Source of the DNA: Bacilli bacterium
Lineage (GTDB): Bacteria > Bacillota_I > Bacilli_A > RFN20 > CAG-826
DNA: 64,000 nucleotides
Assembly: GCA_024408075.1 (NCBI GenBank)
Contig: JAKSVK010000004.1
Location: forward strand, 10,222 to 74,221
Direction of reading: 5' to 3'
Shown: positions 41,380 to 49,831 of the stretch, in pieces
Position numbering within the stretch: position 1 is the stretch's first letter
Layout: every line of letters starts with the position of its first letter
Notes under the pieces: model-generated
The model's input: the letters and a program-made list of their open reading frames with translations, nothing else
The model's database searches: none
Told to the model about the DNA's origin: nothing
Translations under genes and position numbers: made by a program

Positions 41380-42263
41380 ATAAAAAACCTATCTTTGTAA
41401 TTGGAAGTATTTCCATCGATAACACCCTTTTTACTAAGGCTCTTCCTACAGCAGGAACAACCACTATTGCTGACCAATATTTTTGTAACGTCGGAGGCAA
41501 GGGAATTAACCAAGCATGTGCTGCTCATTTTTTAGGTGCAAATGTTTCATTTTTTGGAGCAATTGGTAAAGATAAAAATGGGGAAATTGTTAAAGAATTC
41601 ATAGCAAAACAGGGATTAAATGCAAAATTTTTAGAATCTGACCAACCTACAGGAGTTGCCTTTATTATCCTTGAAGAATCTACTGCAGAAAACAGAATTT
41701 TAATCGTTCAAGGTGCTAATAATTGTATCTCAATAAATGATGTAAAATCTAATGAAAAAATGTTCCAAAAAGATGGCATTTTCTTAACTCAATTTGAGAA
41801 CAACCAACAAGAAACAGAATTCGCAATTAAATTTGCAAAAGAAAAAGGAATGACTGTCGTTGTAAATCCAGCTCCAATTAAGCCTTTTTCAGATGAGTAT
41901 TTTGCTTACATTGATTACATAATTCCAAATGAACATGAACTTGAATCATTGACTGGTGAACAAGATCCTGAGCTAGGGGCAAAAAAACTTTTAGCAAAAG
42001 GCGTTAAGAATGTTATTGTCACCCTTGGAGAAAAAGGATCACTATTTGCAAATGACAAACAAGTTATCAAACAAAATCCTTACAAAGTAAAAGCAATAGA
42101 CACAACAGCTGCTGGTGATTCATTTATTGGAGCATTTGTTTCAAAGCTTTCTGAAAATGCTGACATAAAACAGTGCCTTGATTTTGCCAGCAAAGCATCT
42201 AGTATCACAGTTACACGAAAAGGTGCTATTGTGTCTCTTCCTAAATTAAAAGAAGTAAAATAA
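41376..42263 (+). CDS. rbsK: Ribokinase (PfkB family)
   Basis: Contains GGKGINQA and DTTAAGDSF motifs. The start at 41376 (MNKKPIFVIGS) has an ATGA overlap with the hydrolase stop. Confidence 0.85.
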   Translation: MNKKPIFVIGSISIDNTLFTKALPTAGTTTIADQYFCNVGGKGINQACAAHFLGANVSFFGAIGKDKNGEIVKEFIAKQGLNAKFLESDQPTGVAFIILEESTAENRILIVQGANNCISINDVKSNEKMFQKDGIFLTQFENNQQETEFAIKFAKEKGMTVVVNPAPIKPFSDEYFAYIDYIIPNEHELESLTGEQDPELGAKKLLAKGVKNVIVTLGEKGSLFANDKQVIKQNPYKVKAIDTTAAGDSFIGAFVSKLSENADIKQCLDFASKASSITVTRKGAIVSLPKLKEVK

Positions 42264-42265
42264 AA

Positions 42266-42280
42266 AACCCTTATAGGGTT
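42266..42280. terminator. Short hairpin between the convergent rbsK and small membrane ORF
   Basis: AACCCT-TAT-AGGGTT. The T-run is present only on the reverse strand. Confidence 0.45.
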
Positions 42281-42302
42281 CCTTATATAAATAATGGTAA
42301 CA

Positions 42303-42536
42303 CTATTCAATGAATAGCATTTTGTCTTGGATTATAACAAATATTAAATCTACGAATCCAAGAATCCATCCACCAATGATATAAACAATTAAACCAATTA
42401 AATTTAATTGAGTTGGATTTCTCAAGATAGCTGAGATACGAACTAATATTTCAATAATCCAGTTAACAAAAGGAATAATTAAAAGTAATACTTTAACTAA
42501 TCTATCTTGTGAATCAAACCACTTATCTACAGTCAT
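42303..42536 (-). CDS. Small hypothetical membrane protein (2 TM)
   Basis: 77 aa with two hydrophobic helices and an AAAGGAGAA Shine-Dalgarno sequence upstream. Confidence 0.45.
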   Translation of the reverse strand: MTVDKWFDSQDRLVKVLLLIIPFVNWIIEILVRISAILRNPTQLNLIGLIVYIIGGWILGFVDLIFVIIQDKMLFIE

Positions 42537-42672
42537 TTTCAGTTCTCCTTTACTTTTATATCATAAACTATTTTTGCCATAATGCGAATATTAAGGAAAT
42601 TATTTATTTGTAAATAAGATTGAAATATTTACGCGTTTTATTTATTCTAATAACTGAAGGAGAACTAAAAAC

Positions 42673-43239
42673 ATGAAATTAACTCTCAGAAATATCATTA
42701 TCGGAGTCGCATCTTTATTAGCTATTGTTGCATTCTGTCTCATGTTTGCTACTACATTAAATGCAGTACAAAAAATTGGTGGGGTCGAATACAAAGTTAA
42801 GCTTTTAGGAAACGTCCTTGGTTCAACTAATATGTCTGTCGATGGTACAAAAGTTGCAATAGGTCAAAAATATGCAGTATGTGCTTTATCACTTGCTGGA
42901 TATATTATGGTCTTAGTAGGAGCTATCGGTGCTCTTGTTGCAGCCTTATTAGTTAAAAATCAAAGTACAAAACGCTTAATTCTTGCTATTGCAGCTGTAG
43001 TTATTCTTGTTGGTGCAATATTTGTACTTGTTCAAAAGAGTTCATTTGTTACATCAGAAGCAAATAGAAGATTTGCCGCTTCCGGAAAGACAACAGCCGA
43101 AGATAAGAAATTAATTCACGATGAAGTCGCTTCTGAATTTAAAAATTATAAAATTGGAGCAGCTGGAATCATCGCTGGTGTACTTGGAATTCTCTCAAGT
43201 CTTGGTTTAGTTGCAGCACAATTTGTAAGAGAAGATTAA
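42673..43239 (+). CDS. Hypothetical 4-TM membrane protein (paralog of 51649-52212)
   Basis: 188 aa with a GAAGGAGAA Shine-Dalgarno sequence. It has the same length, topology and several aligned motifs as the ORF at 51649-52212. Confidence 0.6.
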   Translation: MKLTLRNIIIGVASLLAIVAFCLMFATTLNAVQKIGGVEYKVKLLGNVLGSTNMSVDGTKVAIGQKYAVCALSLAGYIMVLVGAIGALVAALLVKNQSTKRLILAIAAVVILVGAIFVLVQKSSFVTSEANRRFAASGKTTAEDKKLIHDEVASEFKNYKIGAAGIIAGVLGILSSLGLVAAQFVRED

Positions 43240-43260
43240 TTGTTATATATCTTAACAAAA

Positions 43261-43287
43261 AAGCACTTCCTATCAAGCGAAGTGCTT
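43261..43287. terminator. Bidirectional terminator
   Basis: AAGCACTTC-(9 nt)-GAAGTGCTT flanked by A5 and T5, between convergent genes. Confidence 0.7.
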
Positions 43288-43293
43288 TTTGTT

Positions 43294-44442
43294 TTACTCA
43301 GTCTTTTGTTCAATTAGATAATTGTTCAATTCCCATTTTGGATGTACTTTGTGAACCATATTAATAGCGGTATTAAACATCTCAGCTTCACAATCTCTAC
43401 GATTTTTAGGAACTGCTTTATAAGCTTTATTTAAATTTTTTAATACGTACAAACATTCATATTTTGAATTATCTACTAATCCTTCAATTAGGACGTAAGT
43501 CCTGATGCACATTAAAGAAGCATCATATGAAAAATCTTTTCTTAAATTAATGTCCACATTCTTATCAATATATTCCTTAGCATCTTCTAAAGAAGACGTG
43601 ACGATTTTATTATAAATTTTCATAGCAAGAGATCTTAAATAGACTTTGTAAGAAACACTATCCTTATTGTTTAAAACTAAGTCAAGAATCTTATCAGCTT
43701 CATCATATTTTTTTTGATTAAGTAAAATATATACTTTGCTCATATTAAGTTCTGCAGTGAAGTTAGTAATTTCAGTAAAAGTATCTATCTCAACATTTTT
43801 GTTTCCATTATCAATTTCATGTTGAACACGAAGCATTTCATTAAAAGCAATTTTATTCTTTGGATTAGAAACCATTTTAAGTCCTTGTCCATCAGTATTC
43901 ACATCAAAAGTAATTGGAAGAATGTTATAAATTAAACAAATAAAAATAGTAAGTGCTGCCGTTAAAAAGAAATAAGCTTTATCAAGTTGTTTTGGAGTAT
44001 TGCCTTTTACATTATTTGTATAAAAGATAATAAAGAATCCAATTGCTAATAAAGCGGTTAGCAAACTACCAAGTAATAAATAAGCGGATGGATTACTCTT
44101 CTTATCTTTAGGAAGAATCTTAGTTTCCCCAGTTAATCCATCATATTTCTTAAAACCAATTTTCCATTTATTATCTTCTTTATAAATATGGAAACGAAAT
44201 ATAGCGATAGAGAGTATGTTATAATTACCTGCTTTAGCTCCAAGAACATGCCCAACTTCTAATAAAATTGCAAAAGAAATAACACCTGTAATTATTGCTC
44301 CTAGACAAAATAAAATATAAGTCCAAGAAGAAGTAAAATTGCTTTCCTTAAAATGAGTTGTTAATACTGTCAAAGAAAAAACTACAGCAACAGCAATTAT
44401 AAGCATATACACAATAATCGATGCAAATTCGCCCTTTTTCAT
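43294..44442 (-). CDS. Membrane protein with divergent M50 (site-2 protease)-like motifs and a helical C-terminal domain
   Basis: 382 aa. LLEVGHVLGAK sits where M50 proteases have HExxH (first His replaced by Leu). A later TM carries YNILPITFDVNTDGQG, resembling NxxPxxxLDG. The C-terminal ~180 aa are soluble and helical. Confidence 0.4.
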   Translation of the reverse strand: MKKGEFASIIVYMLIIAVAVVFSLTVLTTHFKESNFTSSWTYILFCLGAIITGVISFAILLEVGHVLGAKAGNYNILSIAIFRFHIYKEDNKWKIGFKKYDGLTGETKILPKDKKSNPSAYLLLGSLLTALLAIGFFIIFYTNNVKGNTPKQLDKAYFFLTAALTIFICLIYNILPITFDVNTDGQGLKMVSNPKNKIAFNEMLRVQHEIDNGNKNVEIDTFTEITNFTAELNMSKVYILLNQKKYDEADKILDLVLNNKDSVSYKVYLRSLAMKIYNKIVTSSLEDAKEYIDKNVDINLRKDFSYDASLMCIRTYVLIEGLVDNSKYECLYVLKNLNKAYKAVPKNRRDCEAEMFNTAINMVHKVHPKWELNNYLIEQKTE

Positions 44443-44454
44443 AAAAATTTCCCT

Positions 44455-45006
44455 CTATTTTTTCTCTAATTTCGCTGCATTATTGATTGAAGAAATAACT
44501 ACTTCAGGATCAATAAAGTTTACACATTTAACTAAACCACGATAGGTTTTATTTTTATAAGTTGATAAATAATAAGTAATGGAATGAGCGTAACCAGAAG
44601 CATAAAATCTAGCCAAAGATTTTTTGCTATCTAATGTAAGTTTCATGCTACCAGAATATTTACTAAGATATACCATTCCACGTTGATAAAATAAGTTATA
44701 AATAAACTCGAAAAATAAGTCTTTACCGGCGCTTGCAAAAGTAGCATCAATAAACTTTTGATTTTTTAAATAATAATCCCAAACAAGATCAACTAATTCA
44801 TTAATACCTTTTGTCTTTTCAGCATTTGGTATCTTTTCATCAAGATAAACTTGAGCAAGTAAATCATATAAATCGTGATAATGATAATAAAATGTCTTTC
44901 TAGAAATATTACATTTCTTAGACAATTCTAAAACTGAAATCTTATCAAGACTTTGCTTGGACATCATTTCTTTTAAAGTTCTTGCTAATAAGTGTTCACT
45001 TTTCAT
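44455..45006 (-). CDS. TetR/AcrR family transcriptional regulator (DhaS-like)
   Basis: 183 aa with an N-terminal HTH (ISVLELSKKCNISRKTFYYHYHDLYDLL). Confidence 0.85.
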   Translation of the reverse strand: MKSEHLLARTLKEMMSKQSLDKISVLELSKKCNISRKTFYYHYHDLYDLLAQVYLDEKIPNAEKTKGINELVDLVWDYYLKNQKFIDATFASAGKDLFFEFIYNLFYQRGMVYLSKYSGSMKLTLDSKKSLARFYASGYAHSITYYLSTYKNKTYRGLVKCVNFIDPEVVISSINNAAKLEKK

Positions 45007-45008
45007 AA

Positions 45009-45911
45009 CTATTTAATCTTCGCATACTCTTTTGCGACTTCACTACCAACCTTAGCATTATTTAAAACAAGTTTAATGTTACTTTCTAAGGAATCTCCTC
45101 CAGTAAGTTCAACAATAGTCTTTAGTAAGAAAGGCGTACATTCTTTTCCTTTAATACCAAGTTTATTCATTTCTTTTAATGCTTTTTCAATAGCAGCATC
45201 AATTACTTCTTTTTTCATTTCGTACTCAGTAGGAATTGGATTAGTTAAAAGAATTCCACCTTGAAGTTTATTTTCACGTTTATTTTTAATAATCTCAGCC
45301 ATTTCTTTAGCTGAATCAACTTGATAATCAACCTTTAAACCTGAATGCGAATTATAAAATGCTGGTAGTTCACTTGTTTTAAAGCCTAAAACAGGAACAC
45401 CCATAGTTTCTAAATATTCTAAAGTTAAAGGTAAATCAAGTATTGCTTTAGCACCAGCACAAACAACAGTTACATTACTCTTAGCAAGTTCTTGTAAGTC
45501 TGCAGAAATATCCATTGTTTCTGTAGCTCCTCTATGAACACCACCAATTCCACCAGTAACAAATACTTCAATACCAGCTTGATTAGCGATAATCATAGTA
45601 GCTGCAACCGTAGTAGCAGCCCATAATTTTTTAGCATATACAACAGGAAGATCTCTACGAGATACTTTAATAATTCCTTTTCTTTTTCCGAATTCTTCAA
45701 TTTCTTCAGGAGTCATGCCTACTACTGCTTCACCATCAATAATTCCTATTGTGGCAGGAACAGCGCCAGTTTCCCTAATTGTTCTCTCAACTTCTAAAGC
45801 TGTTTGAACATTTTTAGGATAAGGCATTCCATGTGAAATAATTGTGCTTTCAAGTGCAACAACTGCCCTACCTTCTTTTAATGCTTTTGCTACCTCATTA
45901 TTTATTCTCAT
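45009..45911 (-). CDS. psuG: Pseudouridine-5'-phosphate glycosidase
   Basis: 300-aa IndA-family sequence (ALESTIISHGMPYP, VFVTGGIGGVHRG). Confidence 0.9.
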   Translation of the reverse strand: MRINNEVAKALKEGRAVVALESTIISHGMPYPKNVQTALEVERTIRETGAVPATIGIIDGEAVVGMTPEEIEEFGKRKGIIKVSRRDLPVVYAKKLWAATTVAATMIIANQAGIEVFVTGGIGGVHRGATETMDISADLQELAKSNVTVVCAGAKAILDLPLTLEYLETMGVPVLGFKTSELPAFYNSHSGLKVDYQVDSAKEMAEIIKNKRENKLQGGILLTNPIPTEYEMKKEVIDAAIEKALKEMNKLGIKGKECTPFLLKTIVELTGGDSLESNIKLVLNNAKVGSEVAKEYAKIK

Positions 45912-48462
45912 GAGATTCCTCCTCCTTTTTAAAAATTACTTTAAATAAATTTTTAATTTTACGACCAACGAAAAGCACAAATGTCTTTACTACTTTTGTT
46001 ATTGGGTCAACATAATAGATCAAATATCCACATACTAATATAATTCCAAAAATTAGAACCAAGTTAGAATTGGAGATTGTACTAAAATTAATCTTAAATA
46101 AATTTTTTGGATCAAATGCCGCAATTAAGAAACATAATGCAGAAGCAATTACTGAACCAATTACAATACATAATCGATATTTGCTTAATGGTCTACAAAC
46201 GTTATATAAAACAACTATAGATAAACCAGTAAACACAACAACTGACATAGCTGTCGCACCAGTTCTAAACTCTTTTGCGTGTCCTAATCTAAAGCCAAAT
46301 TCATTAACACCAGTATACATAATTCCCTTAGCCTGTAATGCATAAGCAATATAACAAATCGCAACACCAAGTATAATTAACAAGGCACTAGGAATAGCTT
46401 TAGCTAAAACATTCTTTAAAAATCCCTTTTTAATAGGAGAAGGATTCCTCTCTAGAGAAATAAAGAAAGCAGTCAAACCAAATCCAAAGGCTTCCCAAAC
46501 CAGTAAGTTATTTGTCGCATATGGATAAGCATATTTATTACTTGTGGCAAGAGAAACAATCCAGAAGACTACACAAAGGACAATTGCAAAGAACGTCTTT
46601 GTTAAGAACAATGAACCAGTCATTGATACGTTATTAATAACTCTTCTTCCTTCAGCAACAATTTCTGGCATAGTTGAAAAATCATTATTCATTAAGACAA
46701 TATGTGAAACATTTTTAGCAGCAGATGCACCAGAATTCATAGCTATAGAACAATCAGCACGCTTAAGAGCTAAAATATCATTAACTCCATCACCAGTCAT
46801 TGCTACTGTATCACCAGCATCTTTAAGAGCTAAAACAATTGCTTCTTTTTGTTCTGGAGAAACTCTACCAAAGACAGTGTATTTAGTAGCTATTTCTTTG
46901 ACTTCTTCAATTGACATGCCCTCTAATGAGATATACTTATCAGCATTAGCAATGCCAGCTTCTTTAGCAATTTCAGAAACAGTAATTGCGTTATCGCCAG
47001 AGATAACTTTTATTGAAACATGATTATTATTAAACCAAGCAAAAGTTTCCTTTGCATTATCTTTTACATGGTCTTGCAAAACAATAATTGCAGCAGCCTT
47101 AGAAGAACCTATAAATTTATTATTTTCAAACTTGCCACTACCATTAACTAAGGTTAAAACTCTTAAGCCTTTTTTGGAAAATTTTTCAATATTCTCTGCT
47201 AATTCGGCATTTTTTTCAATATTTAGATATTCAGCAGCACCAAGCAAATATGTTATTCCATTACTAAATGTGGCCCCTGAATATTTATTAACACTATTAA
47301 ATGGAAGTACTATATCAGCGCTCATGTCTTCAGTGTTATTACAATAATTTTTAATAGCTTGAGCAGTTGAATTATTATCGCCAGTAAGTCTTACAATATT
47401 GGCAATAATATTTTTAATTTCTTCAAGCGAAATATTAGAAAGAGGAACAATGTCTTTAACATTCATACTTCCATCAGTAATTGTTCCAGTTTTATCAACG
47501 CAAAGAATATCAGCTCGAGCTAACATTTCTATTGAATATAAATCTTGAACGTTTGCTTTCTTTTTATGCAATGCGAGAACTCCTGTAGCTAATGTAAATG
47601 AAGTTAACAAATATAATCCCGCAGGAATCATAGCAATAAATTGAGAGCACATTGGAATAAGTGCATCAACAAATGCAGCGTTAGAAGATAAATTGCCTAA
47701 TGCAGCGTTAGTAATAATAATTAAAATTGCTAAGCTAATAATGACAAATCCAAGACCTCTAAATAAAATTCTAAGTTCTTTTAAAATAACACTTGGATTT
47801 CTTTTAAAAGCTTTTGCCTTAGCGGATAATGTTTCAACATAATTTTCTTTTCCAACTTTATCAGCTCTAGCAATACATGATCCACTCGAGATATATGTTC
47901 CAGAGTAGATAATGTCACCTGGTTTTTTATGAATATCAATTGATTCGCCAGTTAACATAGATTCATCTACATATACTTCGCCTTCTAAAATAATTGAATC
48001 TGAAGTAATTTGTTCACCATTTTTAAAGGTTAATATATCATCTAAAACAATTTCGCTAGGAGAAATTTGTATCTTTTTCCCATCTCGCACTACTTCAACA
48101 TTTGGAGTAGAAACAATTTTCATTTTCTTCATCAAATATTTGGCTTTAATATCTTCAAATAATCCAATAACAATATTTCCAAATAAAATAACTAAGAAAT
48201 ATATGCCATCATACCATTTATTATTAAGCTGAATATTGGAATAAATTAAAAATCCACCTAAGCAAAATAAAAGGATATTAAAAAAAGACAAAATATCAGT
48301 TTTGATAATTTCCCAATTTGATTTTCCAACAACCAGTTGAGTCTTATTAATTAATTTTTGTTCTTGTCTTAGTTTAACTTGTTCACTACTCAAGCCATTT
48401 TCTGGAGTAGGATTAAACCTTTCAACAGGATTAGACATTGTGTCATTTTTTCGCATACACAT
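45898..48462 (-). CDS. Cation-translocating P-type ATPase (specificity unclear)
   Basis: Contains the DKTGTIT phosphorylation site, the TGDGVNDILALKRAD hinge, and a TGES actuator motif. The TM4 motif is IPAGL. The start is ambiguous (ATG at 48462, 48456 or 48438) and has no Shine-Dalgarno sequence. Confidence 0.88.
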   Translation of the reverse strand: MCMRKNDTMSNPVERFNPTPENGLSSEQVKLRQEQKLINKTQLVVGKSNWEIIKTDILSFFNILLFCLGGFLIYSNIQLNNKWYDGIYFLVILFGNIVIGLFEDIKAKYLMKKMKIVSTPNVEVVRDGKKIQISPSEIVLDDILTFKNGEQITSDSIILEGEVYVDESMLTGESIDIHKKPGDIIYSGTYISSGSCIARADKVGKENYVETLSAKAKAFKRNPSVILKELRILFRGLGFVIISLAILIIITNAALGNLSSNAAFVDALIPMCSQFIAMIPAGLYLLTSFTLATGVLALHKKKANVQDLYSIEMLARADILCVDKTGTITDGSMNVKDIVPLSNISLEEIKNIIANIVRLTGDNNSTAQAIKNYCNNTEDMSADIVLPFNSVNKYSGATFSNGITYLLGAAEYLNIEKNAELAENIEKFSKKGLRVLTLVNGSGKFENNKFIGSSKAAAIIVLQDHVKDNAKETFAWFNNNHVSIKVISGDNAITVSEIAKEAGIANADKYISLEGMSIEEVKEIATKYTVFGRVSPEQKEAIVLALKDAGDTVAMTGDGVNDILALKRADCSIAMNSGASAAKNVSHIVLMNNDFSTMPEIVAEGRRVINNVSMTGSLFLTKTFFAIVLCVVFWIVSLATSNKYAYPYATNNLLVWEAFGFGLTAFFISLERNPSPIKKGFLKNVLAKAIPSALLIILGVAICYIAYALQAKGIMYTGVNEFGFRLGHAKEFRTGATAMSVVVFTGLSIVVLYNVCRPLSKYRLCIVIGSVIASALCFLIAAFDPKNLFKINFSTISNSNLVLIFGIILVCGYLIYYVDPITKVVKTFVLFVGRKIKNLFKVIFKKEEESHENK

Positions 48463-48514
48463 ATAATAATCAAAAAACTATAAGTTTTCCAATAGATATA
48501 TGTTTTTGCTCCAA

Positions 48515-48970
48515 TTATTTATTTCTCTTACTTTTAAAATAAGTAGAAATAAGTGAAGAACATTCTTCTTCTAATATTCCACCTATAACATTAGGATGAT
48601 GATTTATATTTCTTGTTTCTAATGCATTAATTGAACTTCCAAAAGCTCCACCTTTATAATCTTTCGCACCAAAATAAATATTTCTAATGCGACTTTGAAT
48701 TAATGCTCCAGCACACATCAAACAAGGTTCTAACGTAACGTAAATGTCACACCCTTCAAGTCTCCAACTTTTTAATTTCTTGTTAGCTTTGTTAATAGCT
48801 TCCATTTCAGCATGCGAAGAAACTAAATTTTTCTTTTCGCGATGATTAAATCCTCTAGATATGACTCTGTCATCTTTAACAATTACACAACCAATTGGAA
48901 CTTCATCAATCAAAAGAGCTTTTTGGGCTTCTTTTAACGCTAGTGACATGTAAAATTCAATATTTTTCAT
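48515..48970 (-). CDS. tadA: tRNA adenosine(34) deaminase
   Basis: Contains HAEMEAI and PCLMCAGA motifs. The start is the ATG at 48968-48970 (MKNIEFYMSLAL). The 6-codon upstream extension lies inside the SRP RNA 3' stem and U-tract. Confidence 0.88.
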   Translation of the reverse strand: MKNIEFYMSLALKEAQKALLIDEVPIGCVIVKDDRVISRGFNHREKKNLVSSHAEMEAINKANKKLKSWRLEGCDIYVTLEPCLMCAGALIQSRIRNIYFGAKDYKGGAFGSSINALETRNINHHPNVIGGILEEECSSLISTYFKSKRNK

Positions 48971-48977
48971 AAAAAAA

Positions 48978-49055
48978 CCGTCGCACATGAAGCAAGATAT
49001 TTAAGGCTGCTACATTCCTGTCCTGACCTGGTTCGTAGTTACTTATCGCAACGGC
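48978..49055 (-). ncRNA. ffs: Signal recognition particle RNA, minimal (4.5S-like, ~78 nt)
   Basis: The reverse strand contains ACCAGGUCAGGACAGGAAUGUAGCAGCC. This reproduces the conserved domain IV (CCAGGUCAGG ... GGAA tetraloop closed by ACA/UGU ... AGCAGCC). The closing stem is CCGUUGC/GCGACGG, followed by U7. Confidence 0.85.
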
Positions 49056-49076
49056 ATATCTATTATAACAAATTAT

Positions 49077-49829
49077 TTAGTCACGAAAATATTTTTCGTT
49101 ACCTCGTAAATGATAATAGTAAATAAGTGAACTATAAACTAATAAAATAACAGCAATAACTATTGCGGTTAAATACATTACCCTCTCACTAATTCCATTC
49201 ATAAAATAGTTCACGATAAATGAATTTAATATATTGAAAATAAAATGAAGTGATATGCATGCAGTTAATGAGTGTGAATATTCATATAAGAAACCAAGCA
49301 TTAAGCCAAGACCAAATGTATAAACTACTTGGATAAGTAAACTAACTAAAGCATCAACAGAAGAAACATTAACTATATTGATTAAATGCATTAATGCAAA
49401 TATACCTGCTGAGCCAAGTATTCTTTTAATGGATCCAACTCTAGTTAAAGAAGTATGAATGAATAATCTAAAAACTATTTCTTCTAAAACAGCTGAAAGA
49501 AAAACAACTATTATTTCAGTAATAAAAATTGGCGTATTAATATGTGGAGATAGTAATTGTCCTCCATCAATTTTATACGCAATTAAATTTGAAAAACATG
49601 CTAACAAAAATGGTATACAAATAAGAATATTTTTAATATTTGCTATCCCAAAAATTTTTATTCTATTCCTATATATAACATAAATATAGTAAGTAAGAAC
49701 TAATAATCTTAATCCTATGGCAATAATATTTTGATAAAGAAGACCAATGCCAAGTCTTGAATAAGGAAAACAAGACACAAATATGAGCATTAATGAAAAT
49801 AAAATTGTATCTAATAAGTTGAATCTCAT
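49077..49829 (-). CDS. CPBP family intramembrane glutamic endopeptidase (CAAX protease-like)
   Basis: 250 aa with motifs EEIVFRLF, FALMHL and HFIFN in successive TM helices. Confidence 0.85.
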   Translation of the reverse strand: MRFNLLDTILFSLMLIFVSCFPYSRLGIGLLYQNIIAIGLRLLVLTYYIYVIYRNRIKIFGIANIKNILICIPFLLACFSNLIAYKIDGGQLLSPHINTPIFITEIIVVFLSAVLEEIVFRLFIHTSLTRVGSIKRILGSAGIFALMHLINIVNVSSVDALVSLLIQVVYTFGLGLMLGFLYEYSHSLTACISLHFIFNILNSFIVNYFMNGISERVMYLTAIVIAVILLVYSSLIYYYHLRGNEKYFRD

Positions 49830-49831
49830 AA

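Noticed and set aside
42600-42617. Inverted repeat TTATTTA-TTTG-TAAATAA upstream of the 42673 membrane gene
   Set aside because: It is a pure A/T palindrome, of a kind expected by chance in ~20% GC spacer DNA.
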